Source of the DNA: an uncultured Prolixibacteraceae bacterium
GTDB lineage: Bacteria > Bacteroidota > Bacteroidia > Bacteroidales > Prolixibacteraceae
Assembly (NCBI GenBank): GCA_963771595.1
Contig: CAVYUC010000017.1
Location: 43,445 to 107,444, forward strand
Reading direction: 5' to 3'
Length of the DNA: 64,000 nt
Position 1 is the stretch's first letter; every line of letters begins with the position of its first letter. The notes beneath the pieces were generated by a model, which worked only from the letters and a program-made list of their open reading frames with translations, had not been told where the DNA came from and did no database searches. Shown one piece after another: positions 46,946-56,980 of the stretch. The position numbers and the translations under genes were made by a program.

Positions 46946-49327
46946 TTAAAAATATATCCTGTAATTAAACAGCGGAAAAATTCCCAACTGGTAAACTGTT
47001 TCAATGTTGTTGCTGCTGCTTCGATACATGCGTGTAAGCGGGTTTTTATGGTTGGTTACGTTTTCAACATAAAATTCCCAAAGCTGTGAAACCTTTTTGC
47101 CATTGCGGCGGAATCCGATTTTTACATCAGCCTTAAAATAATCAGGAAATTGTTTTGTGTAAGCCAGTTCTTCAACATAAACAGTCGGGTAAGCGCCCAC
47201 CCCGTTTTTCGATGCCTCCACATCAACCGGAGTATAGCGTTTGCCACCGGCCCATGTAATTTTTGTATCAAACACAAGCGTTGAACTGCTGCCCAGCTGC
47301 ACCTCTTTGCCGGCCAAACCGTTGGCAACAAAATTACCGTTGAATGCCGTGTTTCTTTTTATGCCATCGCTGCCGGTATATTTCGATTCGAAAAGTGAAA
47401 CGGTGGTTAGAAAATAATAACCTTTCCGGTAAAATCGTTCCAGCGTAAATTCGATGCCGTAATTCCAGCCTTTACCATTGTTCACCAAATAGTTGCGGGT
47501 ATTCAGCCCCCATTCGGCACCGGTATTCAGCATGCTGAAGTAGGATGATTTTTGTTCAACCGGAACATCGTACAGGTACTGGTAATAACCTTCAGCCTTA
47601 AAACGAAGGAATTCCGAAAGCAGGGCATCGAAACCAACTACCACGTGGTGTGCCTTTGTAAAATCCAGGTTTTGGTTGGTCATAACCATTTGGTCGTCTG
47701 CCGTCCGGGTTTCCATAAAATAGGTGGCAACCGACTGCGTTTTCGAATGTTTTCCGTACCCTAAATTGAGGCTTGTGCGGTAACCGGTTTTCCAGTTGGC
47801 GCCAAAACGTGGTTCAACCGAAACCTTATCATTCAACCCAAACCAAACGAAACTGATTCCCGGTTTAATTTCAAAATTATCTGAAAATTTATAAATAAAC
47901 TGCGAATAGGCGTTGTAAAGGTTAGTTCCGTTCACAATAGTTTTTTGGTTGTTCAGAAGGTATTTCCACGTTCCATCTTCCACAATTTTTGTATCCAGAT
48001 TGTACCCCATTCTGTGAATGAAAGCACCGGAACGATTGGAAAACCGGCGGTTAAATTTCTTATTGAAAATGTATTTCAACCCCACTCTTTTTTCGCTGTT
48101 GTTTTCCCGGTAATAGGGTGCGGGCAATTCGCCCGGATCGAACATATCAAGTCGCGTAAAACCATTCTGACCGACAAATGAAAGGATTAACCTGCTGTAG
48201 GTATTGTCATTGTGAAAGTGTGAATACGTAACACCACTGGCTACCAGTTCCGAACCATTTACCAAATCCATTCCTTCGTCGGTATATAAATCGGCTTCAT
48301 TATCTTCGCTGTCGAGCATGGAAATGCTGCTTTTGCCGGCAAGTCCGAACCAGGTAATCTTTCCTTTTTTCAGCGGAAAGTTCATTTTAAAATTTAAGTC
48401 CTGGTACCTTGGAATTCCGGCAGCGCCAAAACTTATCCCGAACAGGTGAAATATTTCAAGTGTTGAATAGCGGTAATTGGCCAGGAAAGAACTTTTTCCG
48501 CCTTTTTTAAACGGTCCTTCAGCACCCAGTTCAAATCCGTTAAAACCTGCCTGCCCCAGAAATTCGTACTGCTCGTTGTTTCCTTCGCGCATTTTCAGAT
48601 CGAAAACACCTGAAAACACATTTGAATATTCGGCCGGAAAAGCGCCGGTAAAAAAATCGGAATTGCGCAGGGTGTTGTTGTTCAGCATTCCCACGGGGCC
48701 GCCGGTAGTTCCGGATGCTGCAAAATGATTGGGATTTGGAATATCCACATCTTCGAGTCGCCATAAAATACCACCCGGCGTATTTCCCCTGATGATAATG
48801 TCGTTTCGCTGATCGTTGGCGCCCGAAACCCCGGCAAAGTTCATGGCCATCCGTGCCACATCTTCACGGCTCCCGGCGTAGCGACCGGCTTCCTCCACAG
48901 TAAATGCCCGGGCACTGACACTTGCCATTTTATTCATGGCCAAATCTTTCCGGTAATTTCCCACAACAGTCACTTCTTCGGTTGTTTCCACCTTTTCTTC
49001 CAGTTCAACATAAACTACCGTTTCGTGGCCCGAATTTACCACAAGGTTTTTGATCAGCGACTGATGATAACCAATAAAACTAATAAGAATCGCCTGCCGT
49101 CCCAGTGGAATATTTTCGAGACGAAATTCGCCGTTTGCACCGGTGGTGGTGCCAATAACAGGATCAGAATCCACAAGCACCACATTGGCTCCCGGCAATG
49201 GGGCGCGGGTTATTTTATCCACAACAGTTCCTCTTATAACCTGCGTAAATTGATTTACCTGCTCCTGCGAACGGAGCTGCAAAACCAGTAGCTGAACAAG
49301 TAAAAAAAGAAGCACGAACTGTTTCAT
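46946..49327 (-). CDS. TonB-dependent receptor with N-terminal CarboxypepD_reg-like domain
   Basis: It has a signal peptide, GTVVDKITRAPLPGANVVL (Ig-like CarboxypepD_reg), a plug (DIIIRGNTP), a long beta-barrel and a terminal aromatic (YRIYF). No SusD partner is present. Confidence 0.8.
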   Translation of the reverse strand: MKQFVLLFLLVQLLVLQLRSQEQVNQFTQVIRGTVVDKITRAPLPGANVVLVDSDPVIGTTTGANGEFRLENIPLGRQAILISFIGYHQSLIKNLVVNSGHETVVYVELEEKVETTEEVTVVGNYRKDLAMNKMASVSARAFTVEEAGRYAGSREDVARMAMNFAGVSGANDQRNDIIIRGNTPGGILWRLEDVDIPNPNHFAASGTTGGPVGMLNNNTLRNSDFFTGAFPAEYSNVFSGVFDLKMREGNNEQYEFLGQAGFNGFELGAEGPFKKGGKSSFLANYRYSTLEIFHLFGISFGAAGIPRYQDLNFKMNFPLKKGKITWFGLAGKSSISMLDSEDNEADLYTDEGMDLVNGSELVASGVTYSHFHNDNTYSRLILSFVGQNGFTRLDMFDPGELPAPYYRENNSEKRVGLKYIFNKKFNRRFSNRSGAFIHRMGYNLDTKIVEDGTWKYLLNNQKTIVNGTNLYNAYSQFIYKFSDNFEIKPGISFVWFGLNDKVSVEPRFGANWKTGYRTSLNLGYGKHSKTQSVATYFMETRTADDQMVMTNQNLDFTKAHHVVVGFDALLSEFLRFKAEGYYQYLYDVPVEQKSSYFSMLNTGAEWGLNTRNYLVNNGKGWNYGIEFTLERFYRKGYYFLTTVSLFESKYTGSDGIKRNTAFNGNFVANGLAGKEVQLGSSSTLVFDTKITWAGGKRYTPVDVEASKNGVGAYPTVYVEELAYTKQFPDYFKADVKIGFRRNGKKVSQLWEFYVENVTNHKNPLTRMYRSSSNNIETVYQLGIFPLFNYRIYF

Positions 49328-49572
49328 TATGAACCTGATTGTTGATGTGTGGTTTTCAAACTTCAAAGTTAAACAAGTTATTTATTGCAGAGGAATTGTA
49401 ATTTATTCGTGCCCCTCGTTTCACTTTTATTTAATCCGCACCATCTGAAATAACGCCGAAATGTTAAACCGGTAATAATAATGAAGTTTAATTGATCCCG
49501 TTTTTTTAAAAACCATTAACTTCATGGCCTCAATATTTCACAACCAGTTACTAACAACCAAAATGAAATCAA

Positions 49573-50496
49573 ATGGAATTATTTAGCGCACGGCATGTCG
49601 ATAAAGTCTTTGCCAACACCAAAGCGCTCAGCGATGTTAGCATTTCGGTGGAGGAGCAAAGTATTTTCGGGTTGCTTGGTCCCAACGGCGCAGGAAAAAC
49701 CACCCTCATCCGAATCATCAATCAGATTACCGCTCCCGACAAGGGCGAAATTTTACTGGAAGGCCGCAAAATGCGTCCGGCCGATGTAACCCGCATTGGC
49801 TACCTTCCTGAAGAAAGAGGATTGTACAAAAAGATGAAAATCGGGGAACAGGCCATTTACCTGGCCCGGTTAAAAGGAATGAGCCGCCACGATGCCACGC
49901 AAAACCTGAAAAAATGGTTCACGAAATTTGAAATCATGGGCTGGTGGAATAAAAAAATTGAAGAACTGTCGAAAGGAATGCAGCAAAAAGTACAGTTTAT
50001 TACGACGGTAGTGCATCGTCCGCGCCTCCTTATTTTTGACGAACCTTTCAGCGGCTTCGATCCCATTAATGCCAACCTTCTGAAAAGGGAAATTCAGGAC
50101 TTACGCGACGAGGGCGCCACCATTATTTTTTCCACCCATAATATGGAATCGGTGGAAGAACTTTGCGATCATATCGCACTCATCAACAAATCGGTAAAAA
50201 TTGAAGACGGTCCTACCGGCAAAATCCGCGAAAAATATAAATTGAACACATTCGAAATAAAATACAGCGGAAATTTTTATGAAGTGAACAGCGCGCTGGG
50301 AAACCAGTTTAAAATCCTGGACCATTCGGAAGGCGAAATAAATAACCACCTGCGCGTGCAACATCTTGACGGCGGCTCCAACAACCAGCTGCTGCAAAAA
50401 TTAATGTCTGCCGCCGAAATTATTTCATTCGAAGAAATTATTCCGCGAATGAATGACGTATTTATCCAGGCAGTTCAGGAAGCCAATAAACTTTAA
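49573..50496 (+). CDS. ABC transporter ATP-binding protein (ABC-2/NatA-like)
   Basis: It has Walker A GPNGAGKTT, the signature LSKGMQQKV, Walker B LLIFDEPFSGFD, and an extra C-terminal domain. Confidence 0.9.
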   Translation: MELFSARHVDKVFANTKALSDVSISVEEQSIFGLLGPNGAGKTTLIRIINQITAPDKGEILLEGRKMRPADVTRIGYLPEERGLYKKMKIGEQAIYLARLKGMSRHDATQNLKKWFTKFEIMGWWNKKIEELSKGMQQKVQFITTVVHRPRLLIFDEPFSGFDPINANLLKREIQDLRDEGATIIFSTHNMESVEELCDHIALINKSVKIEDGPTGKIREKYKLNTFEIKYSGNFYEVNSALGNQFKILDHSEGEINNHLRVQHLDGGSNNQLLQKLMSAAEIISFEEIIPRMNDVFIQAVQEANKL

Positions 50497-50508
50497 ACTT
50501 ACCGGAAG

Positions 50509-51852
50509 ATGAATAAAATACTTATCATATTAAAACAGGAATACCTGAAGCGGGTAACGAAAAAATCGTTTATCATTCTCACCTTGCTGGTGCCGTTTAT
50601 TTTCATCGGCATGTTTGCACTGATTATTTTTCTGTCCATCAACAACGACAAACAGGAACGCACCATTGCTGTTTATGATGAATCCGGCCTTTTTCCTGGT
50701 CAGCTGGAACAGGAAGGTTACACCAGCTTTCATTTTGTGCCGCGTGAAGAATATGAAAAACTTCGGCATAATCTGAAAGAGAGTGATTTTTACGCCCTGT
50801 TATACATTCCTGAAAATATTTATGTTTCAAATTCGGCCCAGCTGATTTCCGAAAAGCAGCTCCCGTTTGAAATTGTTGAACAGATTGAAGGAAAACTAAG
50901 CCGCTACCTGGAGCAGGAAAAGCGGCAAAAAGTTGTTTCTGAGACCGGAATTTCGGATTTGGAAGAGCGCCTGGCAAATACAGCAACAAATGTTAAACTG
51001 AATACACTGAAGGTGTCGCAAACCGGCGAGGCGCAGAAAAGTTCTTCGGCAGTGGCTTTTATTGCCAGTTATGCCATGGGATTTGTCATTTACTTTTTTG
51101 TGTTCATGTACGGTGCAATGGTTATGCGCAGTGTAATGGAAGAAAAGAAAAGCCGCATTATAGAAGTGATAATTTCGTCGGTAAAACCATACCAGCTGAT
51201 GGCCGGAAAAATTATAGGCACGGCGCTGGTTGGGCTCACGCAGGTTGCCATTTGGGTGCTGCTGGGAATTATCGCAGTCACCGTCATTCAAATCTTTTTC
51301 AGTCCCGAATCGGCGCAGCAAATGGGACAAAGCCTGATGGAAGCGCGGCAGGGAATGAATCCGGCAATGGCACAGGCCGCTGCCGAACAAAACAAGGTAA
51401 ATGAAGCGCTTGAGATGATTGGCAATCTGAACCTGCCGTTGATCCTTTTTGCATTTGTATTCTATTTTTTGGGAGGTTACCTTTTGTACAGTTCTTTGCT
51501 TGGCGCAGTTGGCGCTGCAGTTGACAACGACGAGGATTCGCAGCAGATGGTTTTCCCTATCACCTTTCCGCTTATCTTATCCATTATGCTGTTGTTTCCC
51601 ATTGCCAAAAACCCGGAAGGACCGGTGGCTTTCTGGGCTTCCATCATTCCATTTACATCGCCGGTGGCCATGCTTGCCCGCGTACCATACGGAATTCCAA
51701 CCTGGGAATTACTGCTGTCGATGGCATTGCTGATACTGACTTTGATAGGCGCTATTTGGGTGGCCGCCAAAATTTACCGCACCGGTTTGCTGATGTACGG
51801 TAAAAAAGTAAACTTCAGGGAACTGATAAAATGGCTGCGGTACAATGGATAG
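50509..51852 (+). CDS. ABC-2 family permease (NatB-like) with large extracytoplasmic loop
   Basis: The layout is an N-terminal TM helix, a ~150-aa soluble loop, then 5-6 C-terminal TM helices. It is adjacent to the ATPase. Confidence 0.8.
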   Translation: MNKILIILKQEYLKRVTKKSFIILTLLVPFIFIGMFALIIFLSINNDKQERTIAVYDESGLFPGQLEQEGYTSFHFVPREEYEKLRHNLKESDFYALLYIPENIYVSNSAQLISEKQLPFEIVEQIEGKLSRYLEQEKRQKVVSETGISDLEERLANTATNVKLNTLKVSQTGEAQKSSSAVAFIASYAMGFVIYFFVFMYGAMVMRSVMEEKKSRIIEVIISSVKPYQLMAGKIIGTALVGLTQVAIWVLLGIIAVTVIQIFFSPESAQQMGQSLMEARQGMNPAMAQAAAEQNKVNEALEMIGNLNLPLILFAFVFYFLGGYLLYSSLLGAVGAAVDNDEDSQQMVFPITFPLILSIMLLFPIAKNPEGPVAFWASIIPFTSPVAMLARVPYGIPTWELLLSMALLILTLIGAIWVAAKIYRTGLLMYGKKVNFRELIKWLRYNG

Positions 51853-52130
51853 TTATTGTTTAGCCCGGAGGTAGTGAAAAGCTCTGCCGGAACAGGCTTT
51901 TAACCTAATATGAAATAGTCTGTCCATGCATTATAACGTTTAATTCAATAATTTTAAATTTCCTGAAACAATTCAGTTTAACTGCTGTTACATAAATGAA
52001 TTCATAAAAAAGCTTTACATTGCCACGAAATGAATTACACGACTTTCCATAATATGATGTGTTGCTTTTCCGACAACGGGAAGGAGTGTTTTCATTTATA
52101 GACTTAATAACCAATAGTAAAAAAGAATGA

Positions 52131-52167
52131 AAAGCCTTCCTGAAAAATCAGGGAGGCTTTTTTTTAA
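52131..52167 (+). terminator. Strong intrinsic terminator with no assigned upstream gene, 25 nt before cysK
   Basis: AAAGCCTTCCTG-aaaaat-CAGGGAGGCTTT forms a 12-bp stem with one G.U, running into T8. Confidence 0.7.
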
Positions 52168-52191
52168 TAACCGATTTTTAATATAACAATT

Positions 52192-53103
52192 ATGAAAGTA
52201 CAAAACATTTTAGAAACCATTGGCAAAACTCCGCATGTACGAATTAACCGCTTGTATCCTGCGGATTACGAGGTTTGGGTGAAAATGGAAAAAGCCAATC
52301 CCGGCGGCAGCATAAAAGACCGGATAGCTCTGAAGATGGTTGAAGATGCCGAAAAAAACGGAACAATAAAAAATGGCTCGGTAATAATTGAACCGACTTC
52401 GGGAAATACAGGAATCGGACTGGCACTGGTGGCTGCAGTTAAAGGTTACCGGCTGATTTTAACCATGCCCGAGTCCATGTCGATGGAACGGCGCCAGGTT
52501 CTTGCTGCACTGGGAGCCGAACTGGTGCTTACACCAAAAGAAAAAGGAATGAAAGGTTCGATTGCCAAAGCGCAGGAATTATCAGCCGAAATAAAGGATT
52601 CATGGATTCCGTTGCAGTTTTCCAATCCTTCAAATATTGCAGCTCACAGTTTAAATACAGCACAGGAAATAGTGAATGATTTTCCGGAAGGCCTCGACTA
52701 CCTGATAACCGGCGTCGGAACCGGCGGACACATCAGCGGAGTAGCCGAAGTATTGAAAAAGAAGTTCCCAAAGATTAAGGTTTTTGCGGTAGAACCAGAT
52801 TCAAGCCCGGTGATTGGCGGCGGTGAACCCGGCCCCCACTCCATTCAGGGAATTGGCGCAGGTTTTATCCCCGACAATTTAAAAACTGAACTGCTTGATG
52901 GTACCATCACTGTTTCGAAGGAGGAAGCCTTTGAATATGCACAAAAAGCGGCAAAGGAGGAAGGCATTTTTGGTGGGATTTCATCCGGAGCATCACTGGC
53001 AGCAGTTGCTAAAAAAATTAAGGAACTCCCGTCAGGCTCACGGATTTTAACATTTAATTACGACCATGGCGAAAGGTATCTTTCCATCGATGGTTTGTAT
53101 TAA
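52192..53103 (+). CDS. cysK: Cysteine synthase A (O-acetylserine sulfhydrylase)
   Basis: Motifs are NPGGSIKDR (PLP lysine), [11 protein letters not shown] and [10 protein letters not shown]. Confidence 0.9.
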   Translation: MKVQNILETIGKTPHVRINRLYPADYEVWVKMEKANPGGSIKDRIALKMVEDAEKNGTIKNGSVIIEPTSGNTGIGLALVAAVKGYRLILTMPESMSMERRQVLAALGAELVLTPKEKGMKGSIAKAQELSAEIKDSWIPLQFSNPSNIAAHSLNTAQEIVNDFPEGLDYLITGVGTGGHISGVAEVLKKKFPKIKVFAVEPDSSPVIGGGEPGPHSIQGIGAGFIPDNLKTELLDGTITVSKEEAFEYAQKAAKEEGIFGGISSGASLAAVAKKIKELPSGSRILTFNYDHGERYLSIDGLY

Positions 53104-53153
53104 AAAGAAAAGTAACTGGTCATTAATAAATCATGCAGGGCTGCAATATATTT

Positions 53154-53184
53154 ATCCCCGGGTTTTACAGCCCGGGGATTTTTA
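53154..53184 (+). terminator. cysK intrinsic terminator
   Basis: ATCCCCGGG-ttttacag-CCCGGGGAT is a perfect 9-bp stem followed by TTTT. Confidence 0.8.
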
Positions 53185-53278
53185 AATAAAATGTGATTTT
53201 CAAAACTAACCTGAGCTATTCAAAGATTTTCAAAATATGAATAAAGTTCAGGTTAAGAACCTTCCGGCTCCGCATTCT

Positions 53279-54001
53279 TTAATAATCAACCACAGGGATA
53301 AGCACCACTTTAACCGAATTGAAATATACTGCTGTGGTGCTTTTAATTCCCGATTCCACGCCGGCAATCAACCAAATCTGCCCGTGATAATCAGTGGTTA
53401 CATACAATAGTTCCTCGTTGGTAACCGACTTCAAGGGAAATTCATTGCTGCCGGTACTGCTGATTTCATCCACAACCACCATATCTGCACCACCAATTCC
53501 CTGATCTCCTTTGTCAATATTCATGATCAATAAATCTGTACCATCATCTATTGCCTGCGGCTCAACCGTTGTAGCACCAATTTTCATCCAAAGATTTGGC
53601 CCGGAACTTTCATTTGCAGATATTGTATCTCCGGAGAAGTTCAGGGTGTATTCCACTGTAAATTCTACCTGATAGGTTTTACTTTGAATTAAATCTGTTA
53701 CCGGCTTTTTTGCAAACATGAACAAATCCTGGCTGGCATTTTGGCCCGAAAGCATTAATGCCCCGTCTCCCGTACCAGTTGATTCTGGAAGTGAGGTCCT
53801 TTCAAATTTAAGTTCATATACAGTCGTATCTCCTGGCGGATAACCGGCAAAACCTCCTTCCCAACCTTCTGTATCAGCATCAAATGTATAGGAATGTTCA
53901 ACGGTAACATTATTCTCTTCGGTCATGCTGTCATTATCAACACAGGACAAAAAGCCAGCTATTGTTAAAACTACAAATCCCGCTAATCGTATCTTTTTCA
54001 T
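53279..54001 (-). CDS. Lipoprotein of unknown family (paralogue 1)
   Basis: It has a lipobox (AGFLSCVDN). Conserved blocks shared with the upstream gene are GW.G.FA.YP, GALM..G.N.S.DLFM..KK, W.K.GATT.EP, DKG.Q..GGADMVV and WLI.G..SG. Confidence 0.7.
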   Translation of the reverse strand: MKKIRLAGFVVLTIAGFLSCVDNDSMTEENNVTVEHSYTFDADTEGWEGGFAGYPPGDTTVYELKFERTSLPESTGTGDGALMLSGQNASQDLFMFAKKPVTDLIQSKTYQVEFTVEYTLNFSGDTISANESSGPNLWMKIGATTVEPQAIDDGTDLLIMNIDKGDQGIGGADMVVVDEISSTGSNEFPLKSVTNEELLYVTTDYHGQIWLIAGVESGIKSTTAVYFNSVKVVLIPVVDY

Positions 54002-54011
54002 CTTAATTTAA

Positions 54012-54030
54012 TTGTTTGTTTGTTTGTTTG
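54012..54030. repeat. (TTTG)4-5 tetranucleotide microsatellite
   Basis: ttgTTTGTTTGTTTGTTTG lies 10 nt upstream of the start codon of lipoprotein paralogue 1, reading (CAAA)n on the coding strand. Confidence 0.8.
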
Positions 54031-54040
54031 TCGTATAACG

Positions 54041-54082
54041 AAAAAAAATCACCTCACCGGTACAAATACCAACAAGGTGATT
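54041..54082 (-). terminator. Intrinsic terminator between the two lipoprotein paralogues
   Basis: On the minus strand AATCACCT-20 nt-AGGTGATT is followed by T8, 30 nt after the stop of paralogue 2. Confidence 0.7.
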
Positions 54083-54112
54083 GAATGTATGAATGGGGTA
54101 AATCTTTATCTG

Positions 54113-54826
54113 TTAATCCTCAACCAACGGATCGAGTTCTACTGTTATTGCATTGTAATAAATAGTGGTGGCTGCTTCAAAACCTGAATCAGTACCAACA
54201 ATTAACCACAATTCCCCGTCACTATTTGTTGTAACAGTAACCGGTGTGTCATTCGAAACAGTTTTGAGGGTGTATTCATCCATATTTGTATCATTTGAAA
54301 AATCGCCCAAAACCACCATATCAGCACCTCCCTGACTTTGACCACCTTTATCGATTATCATCCGGTAATAATCCATGTCATCCTGTTCAGCAACCGGTTC
54401 AATTGTAGTTGCACCGGCTTTTATCCAGACCGATTCGCCCGGACTGCCGCCTACTCCAGCCATATCATCCGGAACATTGGAGGCAAACTCCACATTAAAG
54501 GTGACATTGTAGGTAGTGTTCGAATCCAAACCATCCACCATTTTTTTGATATACATAAACAAATCATCGCTCATATTTGTACCGGTAACCATCAGCGCTC
54601 CATTATCCTCATCAAGCGGTGCCGGCAGGTTGGTGGCGTTGTAATCCAATGCATATGATTCTTCCTCTCCCACAGGGTAATCAGCGAAGTCGCCAATCCA
54701 CCCGTCTGCGCCGGAATTAAAATCGTACGACAATTCAACAGGTTGATTCAAAACATCATCCACATCTTCCTTGTCGCACGCAAACAGCGCAAACATCAAA
54801 ACTCCCAAAATCATTAATTTCTTCAT
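54113..54826 (-). CDS. Lipoprotein of unknown family (paralogue 2)
   Basis: It has a lipobox (ALFACDKED). It is colinear with 53279-54001 over its full length and shares, by eye, roughly one third of its residues. Confidence 0.7.
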   Translation of the reverse strand: MKKLMILGVLMFALFACDKEDVDDVLNQPVELSYDFNSGADGWIGDFADYPVGEEESYALDYNATNLPAPLDEDNGALMVTGTNMSDDLFMYIKKMVDGLDSNTTYNVTFNVEFASNVPDDMAGVGGSPGESVWIKAGATTIEPVAEQDDMDYYRMIIDKGGQSQGGADMVVLGDFSNDTNMDEYTLKTVSNDTPVTVTTNSDGELWLIVGTDSGFEAATTIYYNAITVELDPLVED

Positions 54827-55170
54827 AGTTTTCTTTTAAAATTTTTACTTCTGTTTTCTTAATTCATTTGCTTTACCGATCAAAATCCTGCCAGAAATTG
54901 AGGCACAACTTCTTCATCCATCTGAAATACAAGAGTTTCAAAACGTTAAATACAACGAAAATAAATAGTGGCGTTATACCGGCAGAAAGCTTTAACTGGA
55001 AGGATGTGGATTTCCGCAGAGAATTTGTAGACGGAATTCCACAAAATCATCTCTTTTAGCTGATGTAGGATTATAATAATTTCAATTGCAGTTTATTTAC
55101 CCGGAATGACTGTTCCTGGTCAATTCCTGAATAAAACAGGTTGGAAATAATGTTTCCCTTTCATTTTGTT

Positions 55171-56832
55171 TTATTCCACAATTATGAATTTACCCTGACC
55201 TGTTTTTCCTGAAGTACTTTTTATTTGATAAGTATAAATGCCAGGTTTTAAATCATTTCGGCGGAAGGTGAAACAATGATTTCCGGGAGGATAAAATCCC
55301 ATTTCCTGCGCAGCAACCTTTCTTCCGCTTAAATCAAAAAGGGCCAGTGAATAACCGCCATTTTCTTCTGAAAAAATGGTGAATTGAGTGGAAACATCAA
55401 ACGGATTGGGAAAACAGGAAACCTGTAGCCGGGAGTTCTGTGTAAAAAGAACATCACCGAGACTGGTACTTCGTTTTGAAATTCGTAGGTCAATTGTATT
55501 GATGGATTTTGGTGCCAGTGTCAATACCGTATCGGTCAGGTAATCCGCAGCTTCAAAATCCTTATCTTCGGTTGTGGAGTAGGCAGTAGCTTCATTTATT
55601 TTATATCCGGTCAACTGCAACCGCAGTTTGAATGTATCGATTGCCGAACGGTTAATGGCCACAAAACTTGCCGAATCACCGGAAGAGCTGATAAAAGCCG
55701 CGGTCTTAATAAGTTCGGTACCGGATGATGTGCCAATTCGTTTCCAGCCGGGCTGTATAAAAGCTGAATAATGTTTGAAAACGTAAAAATCCTTAGTCCG
55801 GTAAAAACCTTTTGAATTGGTCCACTGCGAGCGGTCCCAGGGAAAATCAATGCTCACCAGGCCGCTATTGGGCCAAACAAGGTCCCAGTACAAAAAAGCA
55901 GTAACATTTTCAACTGCCAGCGACTGGTGCATCATTGCTGCCAGCGAAAACCAGTCACCCCGCGAATACTCCGTCTGAAAATGAGGCACTTCTGGATGAA
56001 AATTTCCCACCTTTTTGTAATTAGCCGAAGTAAACGGATCGTCCTGCACCGAACCACCTTCTGCACCGTGATACAGATGATGCGCAATTCCATGGAGTTT
56101 TGACAAATCAAGTGCATTTACATAATTCTCCACAGCATTGTACCCGATACCAATACATTCGGGTCCGAGAAAAACGGGAGGATTTTCGCGTTGCATCACG
56201 GTATCGTAAACGGCAACAAGTGCTTTATTGTATCCGGCAATGGTATCCGAAGCGCTTACCACTTCAGAAGGCCGCAGCAGGCAGCTTTCGTAGGATGCTG
56301 ACCAATCGGGTTCGTTTTGGATACTGATATATTTCGGATAAATTCCGTTGGAATTGTAGTTATCCAGCGATTCGTTCCACCAGTTGGCAAAACCCGCATA
56401 ATCGAAATTAACCTTGCCGTTGGAAATACTGAATTTTAATGTGCCTCCGTTATTGCGGTCATTGTTGCTCTTCAGGTATCCGGGAGGGCTCCATGAAGTA
56501 ACCAGAATATCAATAGGATGGCCCAACGATTTCTCAGCGGCGGCAGCAAACTGCTGCACGCGGCCAATCATTCCATCGTCGTAACCGTAGGCATTTCTTA
56601 TCCTGAGAATGTCGAGGCTCAGTTCACTAAAAATAACGTCGTAGATTTCAGATCGGTTGGGATGGGCCGTCAGCCAGCCTTCGTAATAAGCCAGTGATGC
56701 GCCAAAGCCTGTAATGGACTGGTATTGCTGATTTGCATCAACCGAAATGGTTTTTATTTCCTCCTGGGCATTTGCTGCGGTTAAAACTGAAATAAGTAGG
56801 GCTATGGCAATGAATATAAAACTGAATTTCAT
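55171..56832 (-). CDS. Glycoside hydrolase family 30 enzyme with T9SS C-terminal sorting domain
   Basis: The acid/base context is ISIQNEPDW and the nucleophile context is HFQTEYS. The C-terminal ~80 aa (FPNPF...LALFDLSGRKV...GIYTYQIK...GKFIIVE) match a type A Por secretion tail. The ATG at 56832 gives a signal peptide. Confidence 0.8.
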   Translation of the reverse strand: MKFSFIFIAIALLISVLTAANAQEEIKTISVDANQQYQSITGFGASLAYYEGWLTAHPNRSEIYDVIFSELSLDILRIRNAYGYDDGMIGRVQQFAAAAEKSLGHPIDILVTSWSPPGYLKSNNDRNNGGTLKFSISNGKVNFDYAGFANWWNESLDNYNSNGIYPKYISIQNEPDWSASYESCLLRPSEVVSASDTIAGYNKALVAVYDTVMQRENPPVFLGPECIGIGYNAVENYVNALDLSKLHGIAHHLYHGAEGGSVQDDPFTSANYKKVGNFHPEVPHFQTEYSRGDWFSLAAMMHQSLAVENVTAFLYWDLVWPNSGLVSIDFPWDRSQWTNSKGFYRTKDFYVFKHYSAFIQPGWKRIGTSSGTELIKTAAFISSSGDSASFVAINRSAIDTFKLRLQLTGYKINEATAYSTTEDKDFEAADYLTDTVLTLAPKSINTIDLRISKRSTSLGDVLFTQNSRLQVSCFPNPFDVSTQFTIFSEENGGYSLALFDLSGRKVAAQEMGFYPPGNHCFTFRRNDLKPGIYTYQIKSTSGKTGQGKFIIVE

Positions 56833-56980
56833 AAAACGGACAGGATTGGTTTTGCTTTCCGAAAGGTAAAAATATGAAAACAAACCAAAAGTCAAAATTT
56901 TGACATTCATGACTTATAAAAATTCCTTCTATAAGCCAACTATTATTCAGCTTTAACTTAAAAACATCAAAATGCCGGTG

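Noticed and set aside
54868-55059. 63-aa ORF between the lipoprotein gene and the GH30 gene, and the 69-aa ORF at 51905-52114(-).
   Set aside because: They have no signal peptide, TM segment or motif. They are AT-rich and lysine/asparagine-biased, typical of random ORFs in intergenic DNA, and sit opposite to the local transcription direction.
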